Part shown: piece by piece, positions 1-10,759 of the stretch
How the letters are laid out: every line of letters starts with the position of its first letter
Numbering within the stretch: the stretch's first letter is position 1
IMG/VR virus record: IMGVR_UViG_3300037067_001693
DNA from: an uncultured virus (IMG/VR IMGVR_UViG_3300037067_001693)
Taxonomy: Duplodnaviria; Heunggongvirae; Uroviricota; Caudoviricetes
Direction: 5' to 3' (one strand)
Length of the DNA: 64,000 bases
Position numbers and translations under genes: made by a program
The notes under the pieces: model-generated
What the model was told of the DNA's origin: nothing
Database searches by the model: none
Seen by the model: the letters and a program-made list of their open reading frames with translations, nothing else

Positions 1-846
1 GCACAGAACTTGTATCTTACTATTAGTGACATGCTTCCACAGACGCAAGCAAGAAACATGGTTGAAGAAGGTCTTATGTGGTGGAACAGTAAGGCTAACT
101 TCATAGTAAATAATGTTGAAAAAGCGGATAGAGCGTTTTCATTTGCATCTGCTGTTTCGATGGCAGCTAAGCAAGGAATGACTCCTGCGCAAGCAAGTTA
201 TCTTGTATATGATACTATTCTTAAAGCTAACTTTCTTAGTGGTGTACATAATCCTAGTTGGTTAAGAGATCCTAAAACTAGACTTTTATTTTTGTTTCAG
301 GGTACTCCTTATAAGATCTTTGAGCAGAGAATGATTACCGCTATAAAAGGAGGCGGTGCTATTGCAGACGCAACTAAAGAATTAATGAGACAGTTAAAAG
401 GTGACATTGAGACTGGTGCAAGAAACTTCCAAATAGGATTAATTAAAGATGCTTTGCTTGCTCCTAAGGATCTTAACGGAAAGTCCTATGCAGGTCAGTT
501 AATGCGAACTATTCTTACTGCGGCAGCTGTTGTAGGAGCCGGGAAAGAACTTGCAGATGTTAATTTAGGTGCCCAGGTTTTTCACGTACCTTTTACCAGA
601 ACAACAGAAACCAATGTAGGACTTGCTATGAATCCTGCAATGGGAGCTGCTTACAGTACATTGATGAATAAAGATGACTCAACTAATGCTGTTATAGATT
701 TCTTTAGTAAGTGGTTAGGATCAGGTATTCTTCCTGCGTCTGTTTATAAAGCGGCAAGATTAACTAAGAATGATATACCAGAAATTTATAAAGACAGTAA
801 ATTTCAATACTTCTTTGGTATACCGTCTGTTAAAGATAAAGATTAA
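1..846 (+). CDS. C-terminal part of a large virion (probably internal/ejection) protein, truncated by the window edge
   Basis: Frame is open from base 1 to the stop at 846; Ala/Gly-rich helical sequence; lies within the virion module. Confidence 0.55.
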   Translation, partial: AQNLYLTISDMLPQTQARNMVEEGLMWWNSKANFIVNNVEKADRAFSFASAVSMAAKQGMTPAQASYLVYDTILKANFLSGVHNPSWLRDPKTRLLFLFQGTPYKIFEQRMITAIKGGGAIADATKELMRQLKGDIETGARNFQIGLIKDALLAPKDLNGKSYAGQLMRTILTAAAVVGAGKELADVNLGAQVFHVPFTRTTETNVGLAMNPAMGAAYSTLMNKDDSTNAVIDFFSKWLGSGILPASVYKAARLTKNDIPEIYKDSKFQYFFGIPSVKDKD

Positions 847-935
847 GATTCGTCCATTTAATGTACGGATCTTGTAATAACAATGTCAGAACCGTCCAAT
901 TTTTGGACGTAACTTAAACAAAGGAGGATAGTAAG

Positions 936-1289
936 ATGATCAAATTGCGAAATACCAACACAGTCAGTATCTCTTCAGGCACTATCACAGCAAGTGGATC
1001 ATACACTACCGAAGCCTACGATTGCATTGAGTTAATTGGTTACTTCTCACTGCAATGGACAGTAACAGGTGACGGTACTATGAAGGCAGAAGTTTTAGTA
1101 TCAGATGACGGATCTACTTTTCTTGAACTTGATCCTGATATTACAACTGGACAGACAAAGTCAACAGGTACAAGTGGAGTAAACATGACAGACTTTATAG
1201 TGACTCCTTGTAATCAATTTAAAATTAAGTTTACCGAGACTGGTGCAGCTAGTGCAATAGTTGTTGTTGCCAGACTTCGTGCATTCTAG
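936..1289 (+). CDS. virion structural protein (beta-rich), function unknown
   Basis: Strong RBS AAGGAGG; Thr/Ser-rich beta composition. Confidence 0.6.
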   Translation: MIKLRNTNTVSISSGTITASGSYTTEAYDCIELIGYFSLQWTVTGDGTMKAEVLVSDDGSTFLELDPDITTGQTKSTGTSGVNMTDFIVTPCNQFKIKFTETGAASAIVVVARLRAF

Positions 1290-1300
1290 GAGGTGCCATC

Positions 1301-3076
1301 ATGCCTTGGCTAGACGCTAAATACATTGGACGGAATACTGCAGCTAATGATGTAGATACAGCATTGGTTGCTTCAAATGCAGATGGTACTGTGCTTGAAC
1401 GTCTTGAATATGTCCAAACAGTACTGGGTGGTGGAGCAGCTTCATTATTAACAACTTTATCTGAATCTCAATCTGTTGAAGAGAATGCAATTCAGTATTT
1501 TAATATTGGAATATTTGATAGGGACGCAGGAGCTATTGCATCTGCATCTATCACTATTACTAGTATATCTGCTGTTATGGAAAGATCAACTGGAGGTGGA
1601 GCATTTAGTTCTGTGGGTATTACACAACCTACATTCTCTAAAGGAGATGGTTCTGTTTATTGTGCCTATCAGTTTGTAGCGGCTCAGTGGCAGACAGGGG
1701 ATATGTATAAGTTAGTTGTTGGAGGAATTACTGCTTCTATCCACTCAACTACTGCATATATTCCTACAGCGGTTTGGTCTAATGTGATTGTGGAAACTGA
1801 GGATATTAAGAACGATGTGCAGTACCTGTATGGTGTAGTTGATGGAGGCACTACTTCTCCTACCAAGGTAATTGACAACTCCATTTTATCTATCTTAATG
1901 ACCAAGCAGAGTGGTGGTGATACCAGTGACTTTGATAATAGCACCGATTCATTGGAGGCCACAAGTGACAAGATCGGAGCCTTCACTGGTGATGGTGGAA
2001 CAGACTATAACGACTCCATTCTTGCTGGTTTGCAGGTACTCTCAAAGTATATCGCTGATGGTGATGGTGATTTTGCAACTGGCAGCGTTTTGCCTGCCAA
2101 CAAGTCCTTATATGATCTGCTTGGTGCGTATCTCGATGCAGGGGGAGGATTTGGCACAGATAATGTAGCCGCTGATCTCTTGACTATAGTCACTGATACG
2201 GAGAAAATCTACGATGCCGCCTTGGGAGCTGCCCCTGTAGCAGGATCACTAACCACCTTTGTTGCTGGTGGAGCTGCTGCTGCTCTTGGTACTCAACTCC
2301 CGGTATCCACCTCTCTCTATGATACTACTAAGAACGTAAGCATGGTAGGCGTTACTGCTGCTCCGGTTGCCAATACCTTGGCAGATATTCTTCATAAAGA
2401 TGGATCATTTACCTTTGACAATACTACTGATTCCCTTGAAGCTATCAGTGATGCAGTAACATCTGGTACCTTTGTAGTGGTGGCTGATTCAGGAACGACA
2501 TCGCTAGTTGTTGATGCGACCTATGGTACCTACGGCAACGACTATTTTAACGGCAATCTGCTCGTCTGCACCAGTGGCACTAATGTCGGTCAATCCAGGG
2601 TGGTTATTGACTTTGCCACTACTAGTGGGACCTTCACCATATCACCCCCGTTTGCTGGTGCGGTTGTGACTACCGACACCTTCTCCCTTATCTCCGGGTG
2701 GAGGACGCCTGAGTGGGCTCCGTGGCAGGCAGTTCCTATTAATACTACCGCTGTTGTATCTCCTGGTGTTGATGTCATTGATCTCAAAGACACAGATCTT
2801 AAGGAAACTTACAGGCTCAATAATGTCAGGTTCAAGCTTGCTGATCCAGGTGCAAACACTGTCACGATTACACTGTCTGAGTTGATTAATGATGTAGCAA
2901 CAGCGGTGGATACTTTCACTGTGACCACAGACAACTATACTGACTATCACTCGTTGATGGATATGTTTGGCATTCCTCAGATAACTGGTGATGCCATCCT
3001 GATCAACGCGACAACTTCAGCGGGAAGTTATGCTTTAATCGGGCAATACCAATATGACATCAGTTATAACGCGTAG
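1301..3076 (+). CDS. tail fibre/spike-like structural protein
   Basis: 591 aa, Gly/Ala/Thr-rich, internal repeat FDN(S/T)TDSLEA twice; RBS GGAGG. Confidence 0.55.
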   Translation: MPWLDAKYIGRNTAANDVDTALVASNADGTVLERLEYVQTVLGGGAASLLTTLSESQSVEENAIQYFNIGIFDRDAGAIASASITITSISAVMERSTGGGAFSSVGITQPTFSKGDGSVYCAYQFVAAQWQTGDMYKLVVGGITASIHSTTAYIPTAVWSNVIVETEDIKNDVQYLYGVVDGGTTSPTKVIDNSILSILMTKQSGGDTSDFDNSTDSLEATSDKIGAFTGDGGTDYNDSILAGLQVLSKYIADGDGDFATGSVLPANKSLYDLLGAYLDAGGGFGTDNVAADLLTIVTDTEKIYDAALGAAPVAGSLTTFVAGGAAAALGTQLPVSTSLYDTTKNVSMVGVTAAPVANTLADILHKDGSFTFDNTTDSLEAISDAVTSGTFVVVADSGTTSLVVDATYGTYGNDYFNGNLLVCTSGTNVGQSRVVIDFATTSGTFTISPPFAGAVVTTDTFSLISGWRTPEWAPWQAVPINTTAVVSPGVDVIDLKDTDLKETYRLNNVRFKLADPGANTVTITLSELINDVATAVDTFTVTTDNYTDYHSLMDMFGIPQITGDAILINATTSAGSYALIGQYQYDISYNA

Positions 3077-3085
3077 AGGCGCATT

Positions 3086-3763
3086 ATGGCAACTTTAAAT
3101 GGCACACTGATTAAAGACGGAAGGGTAATTCGTATAGACAACAGTCATACTGCTTCATTTAGCGATATGGTAAATGGAGTTGGGACAGAAGCGCAGACAT
3201 CGTTGGAAGCAGCAACGGTATATTTTAAAGCCGATACTACTGAGAGCATGTGGAATACCTTTCACAGGTTAGTGTTCATCTACAATACGTCTGCGTTGCC
3301 GGATGACTGTACAATAGACTCGGCCACTTTTGCACTCAGGTTATCTGGTAAGACAGACGATTTGTCATGCACCCCTGATGTAGCAGTTTATGGGGCAACG
3401 ACGGCGTCAGATTTAACCATTCAGGCTGCTGACTACGCAACGGTGCAATCAACAGTTCTGAGTGATGTAAAGGCTTATGGTGATTTGAGTGTAGGTTATG
3501 TCACATTTACACTTAATGCAGCCGGGTTAGCCTACATTTCTAAGACAGGATTAACCAAAATCAGTCTGCGAAACGCTAACCACGACGTAGCCAATATTGC
3601 GCCAACTTGGGTATCTGACGTAACTTCGGGACTCACGTTTAACCTGAGTGGATCAATATATACTGATCCTGCACTTACGATTGTTTACACAGAGGCCCCG
3701 TCACCTGAACCTCCGGTAGTGGGTAGTGCGGCCAAGGCAGCAAGGATATTTCAACGTATGTAA
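3086..3763 (+). CDS. virion-associated beta-sandwich protein (DNRLRE-like)
   Basis: Motif LP-x3-IDSATFAL resembles the N-terminal domain of 59704..60948. Confidence 0.45.
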   Translation: MATLNGTLIKDGRVIRIDNSHTASFSDMVNGVGTEAQTSLEAATVYFKADTTESMWNTFHRLVFIYNTSALPDDCTIDSATFALRLSGKTDDLSCTPDVAVYGATTASDLTIQAADYATVQSTVLSDVKAYGDLSVGYVTFTLNAAGLAYISKTGLTKISLRNANHDVANIAPTWVSDVTSGLTFNLSGSIYTDPALTIVYTEAPSPEPPVVGSAAKAARIFQRM

Positions 3764-3837
3764 GAACCGTCCAATAATTGGATGTAACTTAATGGGAGAG
3801 CGCCAAGTCAGCTCGGTGGTGGAGGCAGGAGGACACA

Positions 3838-4332
3838 ATGAATTTCAGAGATACGATTGGATTTGGAAAAGAAAGTGCAGCAACAGGTGCGGTAAGTGCG
3901 GTTAAATCAATTATGGCTTATACTAAGCAAATTGTTACTCAACTTCTTACAGGAGTGGGTACAGTTCAGATTGCTAATACTACCGAGGACTTGAATAGCA
4001 CAGGTACTAAGGATTTATATACCGGAACAGGGCAGCCAGTAATTCTCAAGGCACTTACTATAAAAGGGCCTACTGGAGCGGCAGGTGGATCAGTAACTTC
4101 TATATCAATCCAGACAGACGATGCAACTCCAGGTGTGATTATTAGTTCAACTCTTGGTGCAGTAGCAAACTTGACTTCTGAATTTGATCTTGGCTGGTCT
4201 GGCGAGATGAGGATAGACGTGGGTACTAAGATTCAACTAACTATTGGTGGTGGAGCACATGGATCTGAATATATTACCAAGATCGCCGCAACGTATGAAT
4301 CAACTGTTGCTGGTGGTACTTTGGTTGGATAA
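3838..4332 (+). CDS. structural protein, function unknown
   Basis: RBS GGAGG; Gly/Thr-rich. Confidence 0.55.
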   Translation: MNFRDTIGFGKESAATGAVSAVKSIMAYTKQIVTQLLTGVGTVQIANTTEDLNSTGTKDLYTGTGQPVILKALTIKGPTGAAGGSVTSISIQTDDATPGVIISSTLGAVANLTSEFDLGWSGEMRIDVGTKIQLTIGGGAHGSEYITKIAATYESTVAGGTLVG

Positions 4333-4344
4333 GGAGGTATAACA

Positions 4345-5637
4345 ATGAACTTCAAGAATGGAATTGTGTATCTCTGGAACAGTATAATGAATGGCGGGAC
4401 TATTGATAACGCTATTGTAGGCAAGACTAACCCCGGCGAAGGTTGGTTTTCTCCTGCTTGTGGAAAAGGTCCCGCGATCATCACCACCTTCGCCGGGACA
4501 GTAACCGCAGCGGCCTCTACCACAGTTGCGTTCTCAAGTGCCGCAGATGCTATCATTGCAGGGTATAGTGCGACTAATCCGGTTCTTGGAACTACGCTTA
4601 TCAGCAATGCCCTGACAAGGTATATTGTAAGCTGGACGAACTCTACTACCTGTGTGGTTGATAGTGCGGTAACATGGGCGGGAACGGCGATTACGAGTGT
4701 GCAGTTGCCGATCTCTTCGGAGGTAACGAGTGCGGGGGTACTTAAAAAAGCTACATTTGCTGATGGTATGCAATACATCGTAGGTTTAGAACACGTTGTG
4801 AATCAGATGGGGATTGGGACAGCCCCAGACTCCAGGTATCCGCTGTCTATATATGGGACTGGTCTATCACAGGATTGGGGGATTCAATTAGCAACTATTG
4901 CTACTCCAAGCGGCGGAGCCGGTGGATTAAATTTTGGTTCGCACCTCAGCACTACCACAGGAGTAATAGCAGCCGCAACAGCAACCGGGAATATCGCCTT
5001 TTGGACGTATAGTTCAAGTGCGTGGTCAGAAAAATTCAGAATAGCGAATAACGGTAATATCTTTATTGGTGGCCTCGCCGCAGCAGGCACCTCCGCAGCC
5101 AAGAACTTCGTAATGGGTTCTGGAACACTTGCAACAGCAACCGTAGCGGATGCAGTTCATTTGTGTGTAGCTGACTTCCTTGGTGCAACGGGGGACGCTC
5201 GACTTCATATTATGGGTGAGGCTTCTGCCGCTGGTAAGACTGTTCTGGGTAGTGGCAAGGAAACCGTAACTGGAACCACGGGTGGGTTTACAAGAGGATT
5301 TTCTGAGGCCACAGTATCTATTTCGGCAGCGGCAACTTGCACAATTCAAGTAAACGTTCCTGCTACGGCTCGTATCCTTGGTTGTCAACTTCGGGTGGAC
5401 ACAGCACTCACAGCGGGTGAACTCTGGGACGCTGCATACTCTGGTGGCTCTACGGATGCAATCTGCTCAGGACAGGCAGTTGCACAGAATACTAAAGTCA
5501 ACTCCCTCACATCTGCGGTGGTAACATCGGAAACAGATATAGCAATCACGAAAAATGGCGGCGGTTCGTTCACGGCTGCGGGTGTGATAAGAGCTATAGT
5601 TTACTATGAATACTTTGAAACAATGGCATCCCTGTAA
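4345..5637 (+). CDS. tail fibre protein
   Basis: 430 aa Ala/Gly/Thr-rich with fibre-type motifs GIGTAP and EKFRIANNGNIFIGG. Confidence 0.6.
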   Translation: MNFKNGIVYLWNSIMNGGTIDNAIVGKTNPGEGWFSPACGKGPAIITTFAGTVTAAASTTVAFSSAADAIIAGYSATNPVLGTTLISNALTRYIVSWTNSTTCVVDSAVTWAGTAITSVQLPISSEVTSAGVLKKATFADGMQYIVGLEHVVNQMGIGTAPDSRYPLSIYGTGLSQDWGIQLATIATPSGGAGGLNFGSHLSTTTGVIAAATATGNIAFWTYSSSAWSEKFRIANNGNIFIGGLAAAGTSAAKNFVMGSGTLATATVADAVHLCVADFLGATGDARLHIMGEASAAGKTVLGSGKETVTGTTGGFTRGFSEATVSISAAATCTIQVNVPATARILGCQLRVDTALTAGELWDAAYSGGSTDAICSGQAVAQNTKVNSLTSAVVTSETDIAITKNGGGSFTAAGVIRAIVYYEYFETMASL

Positions 5638-5647
5638 GGAGGATTAG

Positions 5648-7054
5648 ATGGGAACTATACAACACAGCATGAGCGTACCAACGGGGAGTTCAATAGGCTT
5701 TCCAATAGAGAATATAGCAATCAACTCTCGTTTTGGAGTCTGTTCTAGTTCTACACTGAAAGTCACGGGGAGTGAGACTGTCGTAGATGGAGTTTTTGCT
5801 GCTGTAACTGATTGGACAGCAACAGATTGTACGATAGCTTCTGTGGCTGGTGGAAAGGCTGCTAACTGTCTTGAAATAACCCGCACCGGCGCAGATGTTC
5901 AAAATGCACGACAGACTATTATACTAGAAATTGGTGAACTATATAATCTGAAAGCCTTCACGAAACAAGGAACTTCTGGGGTTGAAACAGCTAATTTTAG
6001 GATTCTTGATGCGGCTGATGATTCTGTAATATTTGCTTCCGCTTGCACAGTTCAAGCAGATTGGGCCGCTAATGCAGATATGGACACGATTTTCCGGGCA
6101 TGGAAAGCGTCTGTTAAAGTTGTAGTAGAAAAAGGAACCGCTACCCCTGGTACGATGTTGTTTGACACTGTTTCAATCAAGAAAGTAGTTCCTGCTTATG
6201 AAGGGGCAGATATAACAGCGCCAGATGGGTTTATAAAATCTACCACCATGACCATCCAGAAATTGTCTGGTTTGGCTAATATGAAAAGTGGGGCATATCC
6301 CCTTCTCTTGACCCCCTCCGCTGCAAATGACAATCTCCAATACCTTCCGTTACTCACGGCTACGGATCAAATATTCATATCTCAGTTTGCTGGTCAGGAT
6401 GTAGCCATGGCTATGGAAGTTAAAACCTCTACGGCTACTCATGCCCGTTTAGAACTGTACGATGGAATAACCGATGTGTTTAGTGATTATCATACGGGAG
6501 GGGGAGGTTGGGAATGGCTTGAAGTTACCCTTCCCTTCTCGGCCTCATTAACTCAGGCATTGTTCAAGTTGAGGATGACACAGACTACGGGAGTTGTTTA
6601 TTGCCGTAGGTTTATCATATCTTTTGGCAAGACTATAGGGGGGGGTAACTGGAAACCACCATCTAATGAAAAGATCATTCTTAATGCCCCTCAGCAGTCC
6701 ACAAAACTTGGTGGTACAGTAGCCTACACTACATCTACGGGTAACGTGGTAGATGTGGCCGCCGATAGCAGGGGCGTTATACCTGTCGAAGCTAAGGAAG
6801 TGTGGATAAGGGCAAATGTGAGGGATTCAGGTAGCGCAGGGGCAGCCGCATGGTTGAAATTCAGGCACCACAGTTCCAGTGGGGAGGATTGGCCTGTCAT
6901 TTTCTCCTGCGGGGGCCTTGCAAATGACCTGTACCTTATGGGTGGAGCGCAACCATGTCCCGTACAGTTGGGAGTAATCGACTTTGATACAACAGCATCT
7001 GACACACTAACTCTCGATGTAAATGACATGTGCTACACAGCAGTTCAGTATTAA
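5648..7054 (+). CDS. tail fibre / carbohydrate-binding receptor-binding protein
   Basis: CBM-like jelly-roll segments (FDTVSIKKV; HTGGGGWEWLEV); follows fibre genes. Confidence 0.5.
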   Translation: MGTIQHSMSVPTGSSIGFPIENIAINSRFGVCSSSTLKVTGSETVVDGVFAAVTDWTATDCTIASVAGGKAANCLEITRTGADVQNARQTIILEIGELYNLKAFTKQGTSGVETANFRILDAADDSVIFASACTVQADWAANADMDTIFRAWKASVKVVVEKGTATPGTMLFDTVSIKKVVPAYEGADITAPDGFIKSTTMTIQKLSGLANMKSGAYPLLLTPSAANDNLQYLPLLTATDQIFISQFAGQDVAMAMEVKTSTATHARLELYDGITDVFSDYHTGGGGWEWLEVTLPFSASLTQALFKLRMTQTTGVVYCRRFIISFGKTIGGGNWKPPSNEKIILNAPQQSTKLGGTVAYTTSTGNVVDVAADSRGVIPVEAKEVWIRANVRDSGSAGAAAWLKFRHHSSSGEDWPVIFSCGGLANDLYLMGGAQPCPVQLGVIDFDTTASDTLTLDVNDMCYTAVQY

Positions 7055-7066
7055 GGATCGGTAAAG

Positions 7067-7483
7067 TTGAAATGGTTTCTTATCCTTCTGTGTGTGGTGT
7101 TTATGGGATTACTTGATAGTATATTCGGCGCTGAAAAAAAGTCATCTGTTGCTATGCCTAATATGGTAGGTACTACAGGTTGTGTAATTAAATCTCTCTA
7201 TGATGCTATCAAGTGGAATAAGATAAATGGAGATGATGTGCAGATAGCTATTTCAAAAGTGGATAAAGAGAAAGATGTAGACCATGCACAGGCGATAGCT
7301 ACAATGAAAGGTAAATATACCCCACTAACATCACATGAGTATGATGGAATAGTAAGACCCTGGACTATGCACTTTCCAGATGCTAAACCGTACAGACATG
7401 TTAGTATCGACCAGTTTATGGAAGAACAAAAGAGAAATATTGATCCTGAAGTCTTGGAGTATTTGAATAAGATAAGAAAGTGA
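7067..7483 (+). CDS. hypothetical protein (alternative start 7103)
   Basis: ORF in the operon; Cys...His motif (GCVIKS, DHAQA) weakly protease/transglutaminase-like. Confidence 0.45.
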   Translation: MKWFLILLCVVFMGLLDSIFGAEKKSSVAMPNMVGTTGCVIKSLYDAIKWNKINGDDVQIAISKVDKEKDVDHAQAIATMKGKYTPLTSHEYDGIVRPWTMHFPDAKPYRHVSIDQFMEEQKRNIDPEVLEYLNKIRK

Positions 7484-7516
7484 TACAGTTCCGCCAATAA
7501 GTAGAGGAGTCTGGCA

Positions 7517-8083
7517 ATGAGTGAAAATCATGAACCTTGTGAGTTGGTAGTGGCGTTGAATACTGTTGTGATGAATCGGGAGTCTAGTTTTGGGGAGTTA
7601 CGCGCTGATATTGGACATATTAAGAAGAAGATAGACAATGGTCTTTTTCAGGATGTTTATGCAAGGCTTGATAGCATTAAGGATTCCCTGAATCAAATAA
7701 ACATTGACTCCGTTAGAAGAAACGGAAACTTGGTAGCAAGGGAAAAAGACAAAGACTCAGAAGATTGGTTCCTTCGTATTTTCTCTGGTTCAGCTAAGAA
7801 GGTTGTAGGATGGCTTATTACCTTTATGATCCTGAGTGCTTTGATCACTGCGGCTACTAATAACGCCTTATGGACATATTTGAAGATCAGTTACCTTAAA
7901 GAATCTCCTGGTCAGCAGCAGCAGATACTTAACTCACTTGAGAATGGTTATCATTCGCATGTGCAGAAAGATGGAAGAATACTTTGGCATGCAGGAACAA
8001 AAGACAAACCGGCCTGGCTCATAAATCCTTTAACAAATATACCGGAAGCATGTCCTGAATTAAGGACAGAGTCGGTTAAATAA
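7517..8083 (+). CDS. membrane protein (coiled coil + 1 TM)
   Basis: RBS GAGGAG; hydrophobic segment VVGWLITFMILSALITAA. Confidence 0.6.
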   Translation: MSENHEPCELVVALNTVVMNRESSFGELRADIGHIKKKIDNGLFQDVYARLDSIKDSLNQINIDSVRRNGNLVAREKDKDSEDWFLRIFSGSAKKVVGWLITFMILSALITAATNNALWTYLKISYLKESPGQQQQILNSLENGYHSHVQKDGRILWHAGTKDKPAWLINPLTNIPEACPELRTESVK

Positions 8084-8100
8084 GTGAGAGAATTAGAAAT

Positions 8101-8754
8101 ATGGACAAGCTATCTGGAACAGGTTTAGGGGTTGATCGACAGGGGAATCCGGTAATAGATCCTACTGAGAATGTTCTGCAATTAGTAGAATCTGCTATTA
8201 AAAGATTAGATGATATTGCATATCTAAGAGCTGAATATACTGAAAAACTTATAGCGGCAGAGGCAAAGAGGATTGACACAGCGGCATCCTTAAGAGCCGA
8301 ATATACTGAGAAATTGTCTGCGGCTGAATCAAGGCGAATTGACGCAATACGCTCGGTGGATGTAGGTGCTGTTGCAATTGCCAGTGAAAGAGCTGCACAA
8401 CAAGCTACTGTTCTCGCTACCCAGGTAGCCGCTTCCGCAGAGACACTTAGAGCACTAGTTGCCACAACAGCAACAACAGTAGCATCTCAATTAGCTTCTG
8501 TATCAGGTTCGCTTACTGAGAGAATAGCCGTTTTGGAGCAGTCGTCTTATGTAGGATTAGGCAAGCAAGCTGTATCTGATCCAATGCTTAGTGAACTTGT
8601 AGCTGAAATGAAGAAGCTTCGAGAAGCAAGAGATATGGGAACTGGAAGAAGTGTAGGTTCCGCTGCGATGTGGGGTTATCTTGTAGCAGCGATTGGGGTG
8701 TTATTCGGATTAGCAGGAATCATTTTAGCAGTCGTTCATGTAATGAAAGGATAG
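8101..8754 (+). CDS. coiled-coil protein with C-terminal TM
   Basis: Repeated LRAEYTEKL; C-terminal hydrophobic helix; upstream of the lysis genes. Confidence 0.65.
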   Translation: MDKLSGTGLGVDRQGNPVIDPTENVLQLVESAIKRLDDIAYLRAEYTEKLIAAEAKRIDTAASLRAEYTEKLSAAESRRIDAIRSVDVGAVAIASERAAQQATVLATQVAASAETLRALVATTATTVASQLASVSGSLTERIAVLEQSSYVGLGKQAVSDPMLSELVAEMKKLREARDMGTGRSVGSAAMWGYLVAAIGVLFGLAGIILAVVHVMKG

Positions 8755-8763
8755 GAGGAAGTT

Positions 8764-8955
8764 ATGACTTTAGTAAGTTTAATCATTACTTTGGTAATTG
8801 TAGGAGTCATCATGTGGGCAATTAATACCTATATTCCGATGGAAGCTAAAATAAAAAATATTTTGAACATCGTAGTTGTAATTGTGGTTATACTTTGGCT
8901 ACTCTCAGTCTTTGGAGTAATTGGATCTATCAGTAATATACGGATAGGTAGGTAA
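8764..8955 (+). CDS. small 2-TM membrane protein (Thivi_2564-like)
   Basis: LVIVGVIMWAINTYIPM...IKNILNIVVVIVVILWLL pattern; RBS GGAGG. Confidence 0.65.
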   Translation: MTLVSLIITLVIVGVIMWAINTYIPMEAKIKNILNIVVVIVVILWLLSVFGVIGSISNIRIGR

Positions 8956-9072
8956 TACGGATAAAGAGCTTTTGACAATCTTTGCCGCTTCGTGGATTGA
9001 ATATTGCTGGTTGATTGCAGATTGGCAGATAACGATGATGGAATATTGCAGTCTCTTAAGGAGGAATTTACG

Positions 9073-9390
9073 ATGATAGACAAAAGTGAAAGTGTACCGC
9101 CTTCTCTTTTGGATAAACTCAAAAGGAGTAGAGTAGAAATAATCATGCTTCTGGTAATGGCAGTAGCTATTATCTTTCTCCCACAGGAGGCGCGAATGGG
9201 GTTGCTTGGACTCTTCATCACCAAGGGAATGTTTGTGACGATGGGAGTCTTGTATGCTCATATCTCCCGAAAGTTTTTGTTCCCCTATCTTGATGCAGAG
9301 ATATTAATTGCTAAACATCATTGGGGAGGGATGGCTTTTTTAACAGTTTGGTACGGAGTAATCATATGGGCTTTCTCTATGGGTGGCTAA
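9073..9390 (+). CDS. putative holin (3 TM)
   Basis: Three hydrophobic segments; immediately upstream of and overlapping the endolysin; RBS AGGAGG before ATG 9073. Confidence 0.6.
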   Translation: MIDKSESVPPSLLDKLKRSRVEIIMLLVMAVAIIFLPQEARMGLLGLFITKGMFVTMGVLYAHISRKFLFPYLDAEILIAKHHWGGMAFLTVWYGVIIWAFSMGG

Positions 9391-9947
9391 TAGTTCTCTT
9401 TCTTGTATCCCCCGTGTGTGCACTTGATAGATGCGCATCACTTGTGCAGGATGTAAGAATTGAACACATTAAATATTTTGGTTTAGGCTTTCCATATTGG
9501 TATGGAATCGGTCAGTTAAAACAAGAATCTGCATGCCGCACCAATGTAACTGCTTTCGATCAAGGGCAGGGTGTAGCTCAGTTCATGCCGAAGACTGGTC
9601 AGTATATTCAGTCCTTAATGGGAGAAAGTCTTGATCCTTACAATCCGAAACACGCAATTAGGATGCAAGCGTTTTATATGAACAGGATTCACGCAAAAGA
9701 GAATTGGACAGGCAGACTATGGACATCATATCAGATTTACAATGGAGGCAAACCCACTCTTTACAAGGAATATCAGAGGGCTAAAATAGCCGACTGGAAA
9801 TTAATGAAAAAGAATTGCTTACGTAAGCAGATTCAGATGAAATGGGGTATCCTTGATTTGTGCGAAGTCAATTACTCGTATTCCAAGCAAGTGGAAAAAT
9901 ATGGCAATCTCTATCGCAGAGGGAAAGACGGAATGAGGTATTGGTAA
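9366..9947 (+). CDS. endolysin, SLT-type lytic transglycosylase with N-terminal signal/SAR segment
   Basis: Catalytic QES, G-x-A-Q-F-M-P and YNGG motifs. Confidence 0.85.
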   Translation: MGFLYGWLIVLFLVSPVCALDRCASLVQDVRIEHIKYFGLGFPYWYGIGQLKQESACRTNVTAFDQGQGVAQFMPKTGQYIQSLMGESLDPYNPKHAIRMQAFYMNRIHAKENWTGRLWTSYQIYNGGKPTLYKEYQRAKIADWKLMKKNCLRKQIQMKWGILDLCEVNYSYSKQVEKYGNLYRRGKDGMRYW

Positions 9948-10507
9948 TGACGGCAATAGTTAAAATTATAGGTGGTATCCTCATATTCCTCCTCATCGTG
10001 GCAACATCTTCGGCCCTCTACTTCTGGTACAAAGGTCCAGTCGCAGGAAGTGGAACGACCTACGAGAAACCTCCTGAGATTAAAGTGGTCACGAAGATAA
10101 AGAGGGTAGAAGTCCTCGGCCCCACGAAGATAGTTACCATCGAGAAGCAAGTCGTGGTTGAGAAACTAAAGTTGCCTGACTGGTTCAAGAATGATGCAAA
10201 TGAACAGGCAATCGCAAGCGCCGTTATTGCACCATATAAAGGTAAGACCAATGCTGTAGCCACCCTAAATACCAAGTCGGGGGTTGGACAAATACTTGTC
10301 AAGCAAGAACCCCTTCCCTTGTTTGGCTTCGTGAACGATAGAGAGATTGGCATTAGAGGCGGTGTGAATAGCAAGGGCGCTATAGAGTCAACTGTGTATG
10401 GAAAATGGGATTTCGTAAGAGTCGGTCCGGTGAATGTTGGTGTCTATGGAGATATTGCATCTACAGGTGATGCACGAATACAAGTCGGTGCTGGCTTTAA
10501 ATTCTAA
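9947..10507 (+). CDS. putative spanin-like lysis protein
   Basis: N-terminal TM; follows the endolysin with a TAATG overlap; ends in amphipathic beta strands and a terminal Phe. Confidence 0.45.
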   Translation: MTAIVKIIGGILIFLLIVATSSALYFWYKGPVAGSGTTYEKPPEIKVVTKIKRVEVLGPTKIVTIEKQVVVEKLKLPDWFKNDANEQAIASAVIAPYKGKTNAVATLNTKSGVGQILVKQEPLPLFGFVNDREIGIRGGVNSKGAIESTVYGKWDFVRVGPVNVGVYGDIASTGDARIQVGAGFKF

Positions 10508-10722
10508 GTAATTGCGATCGGTATTTTAGCTTTTCTTTCCCCCTTCGCTACGCATCGTAACAAGTTAACGGTATAACTGACCCTATACCTATACCAATTC
10601 CGGTCATTAGTCTTCACGTTTGCACTAACTCGGTATTCCCCCCGTTTCAATCCCCATTTCTTCCAGATCCGTTTCTTCTTGGAACGAGGTACTTTTATGG
10701 AACTGTATAGTATAGGTTGCAT
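10504..10722 (-). CDS. hypothetical basic protein
   Basis: RBS AAGGAGG; last gene of the minus-strand arm. Confidence 0.45.
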   Translation of the reverse strand: MQPILYSSIKVPRSKKKRIWKKWGLKRGEYRVSANVKTNDRNWYRYRVSYTVNLLRCVAKGERKAKIPIAIT

Positions 10723-10759
10723 ATTCCCTCCTTAAAGGTCACGGATATGATTATAATGA

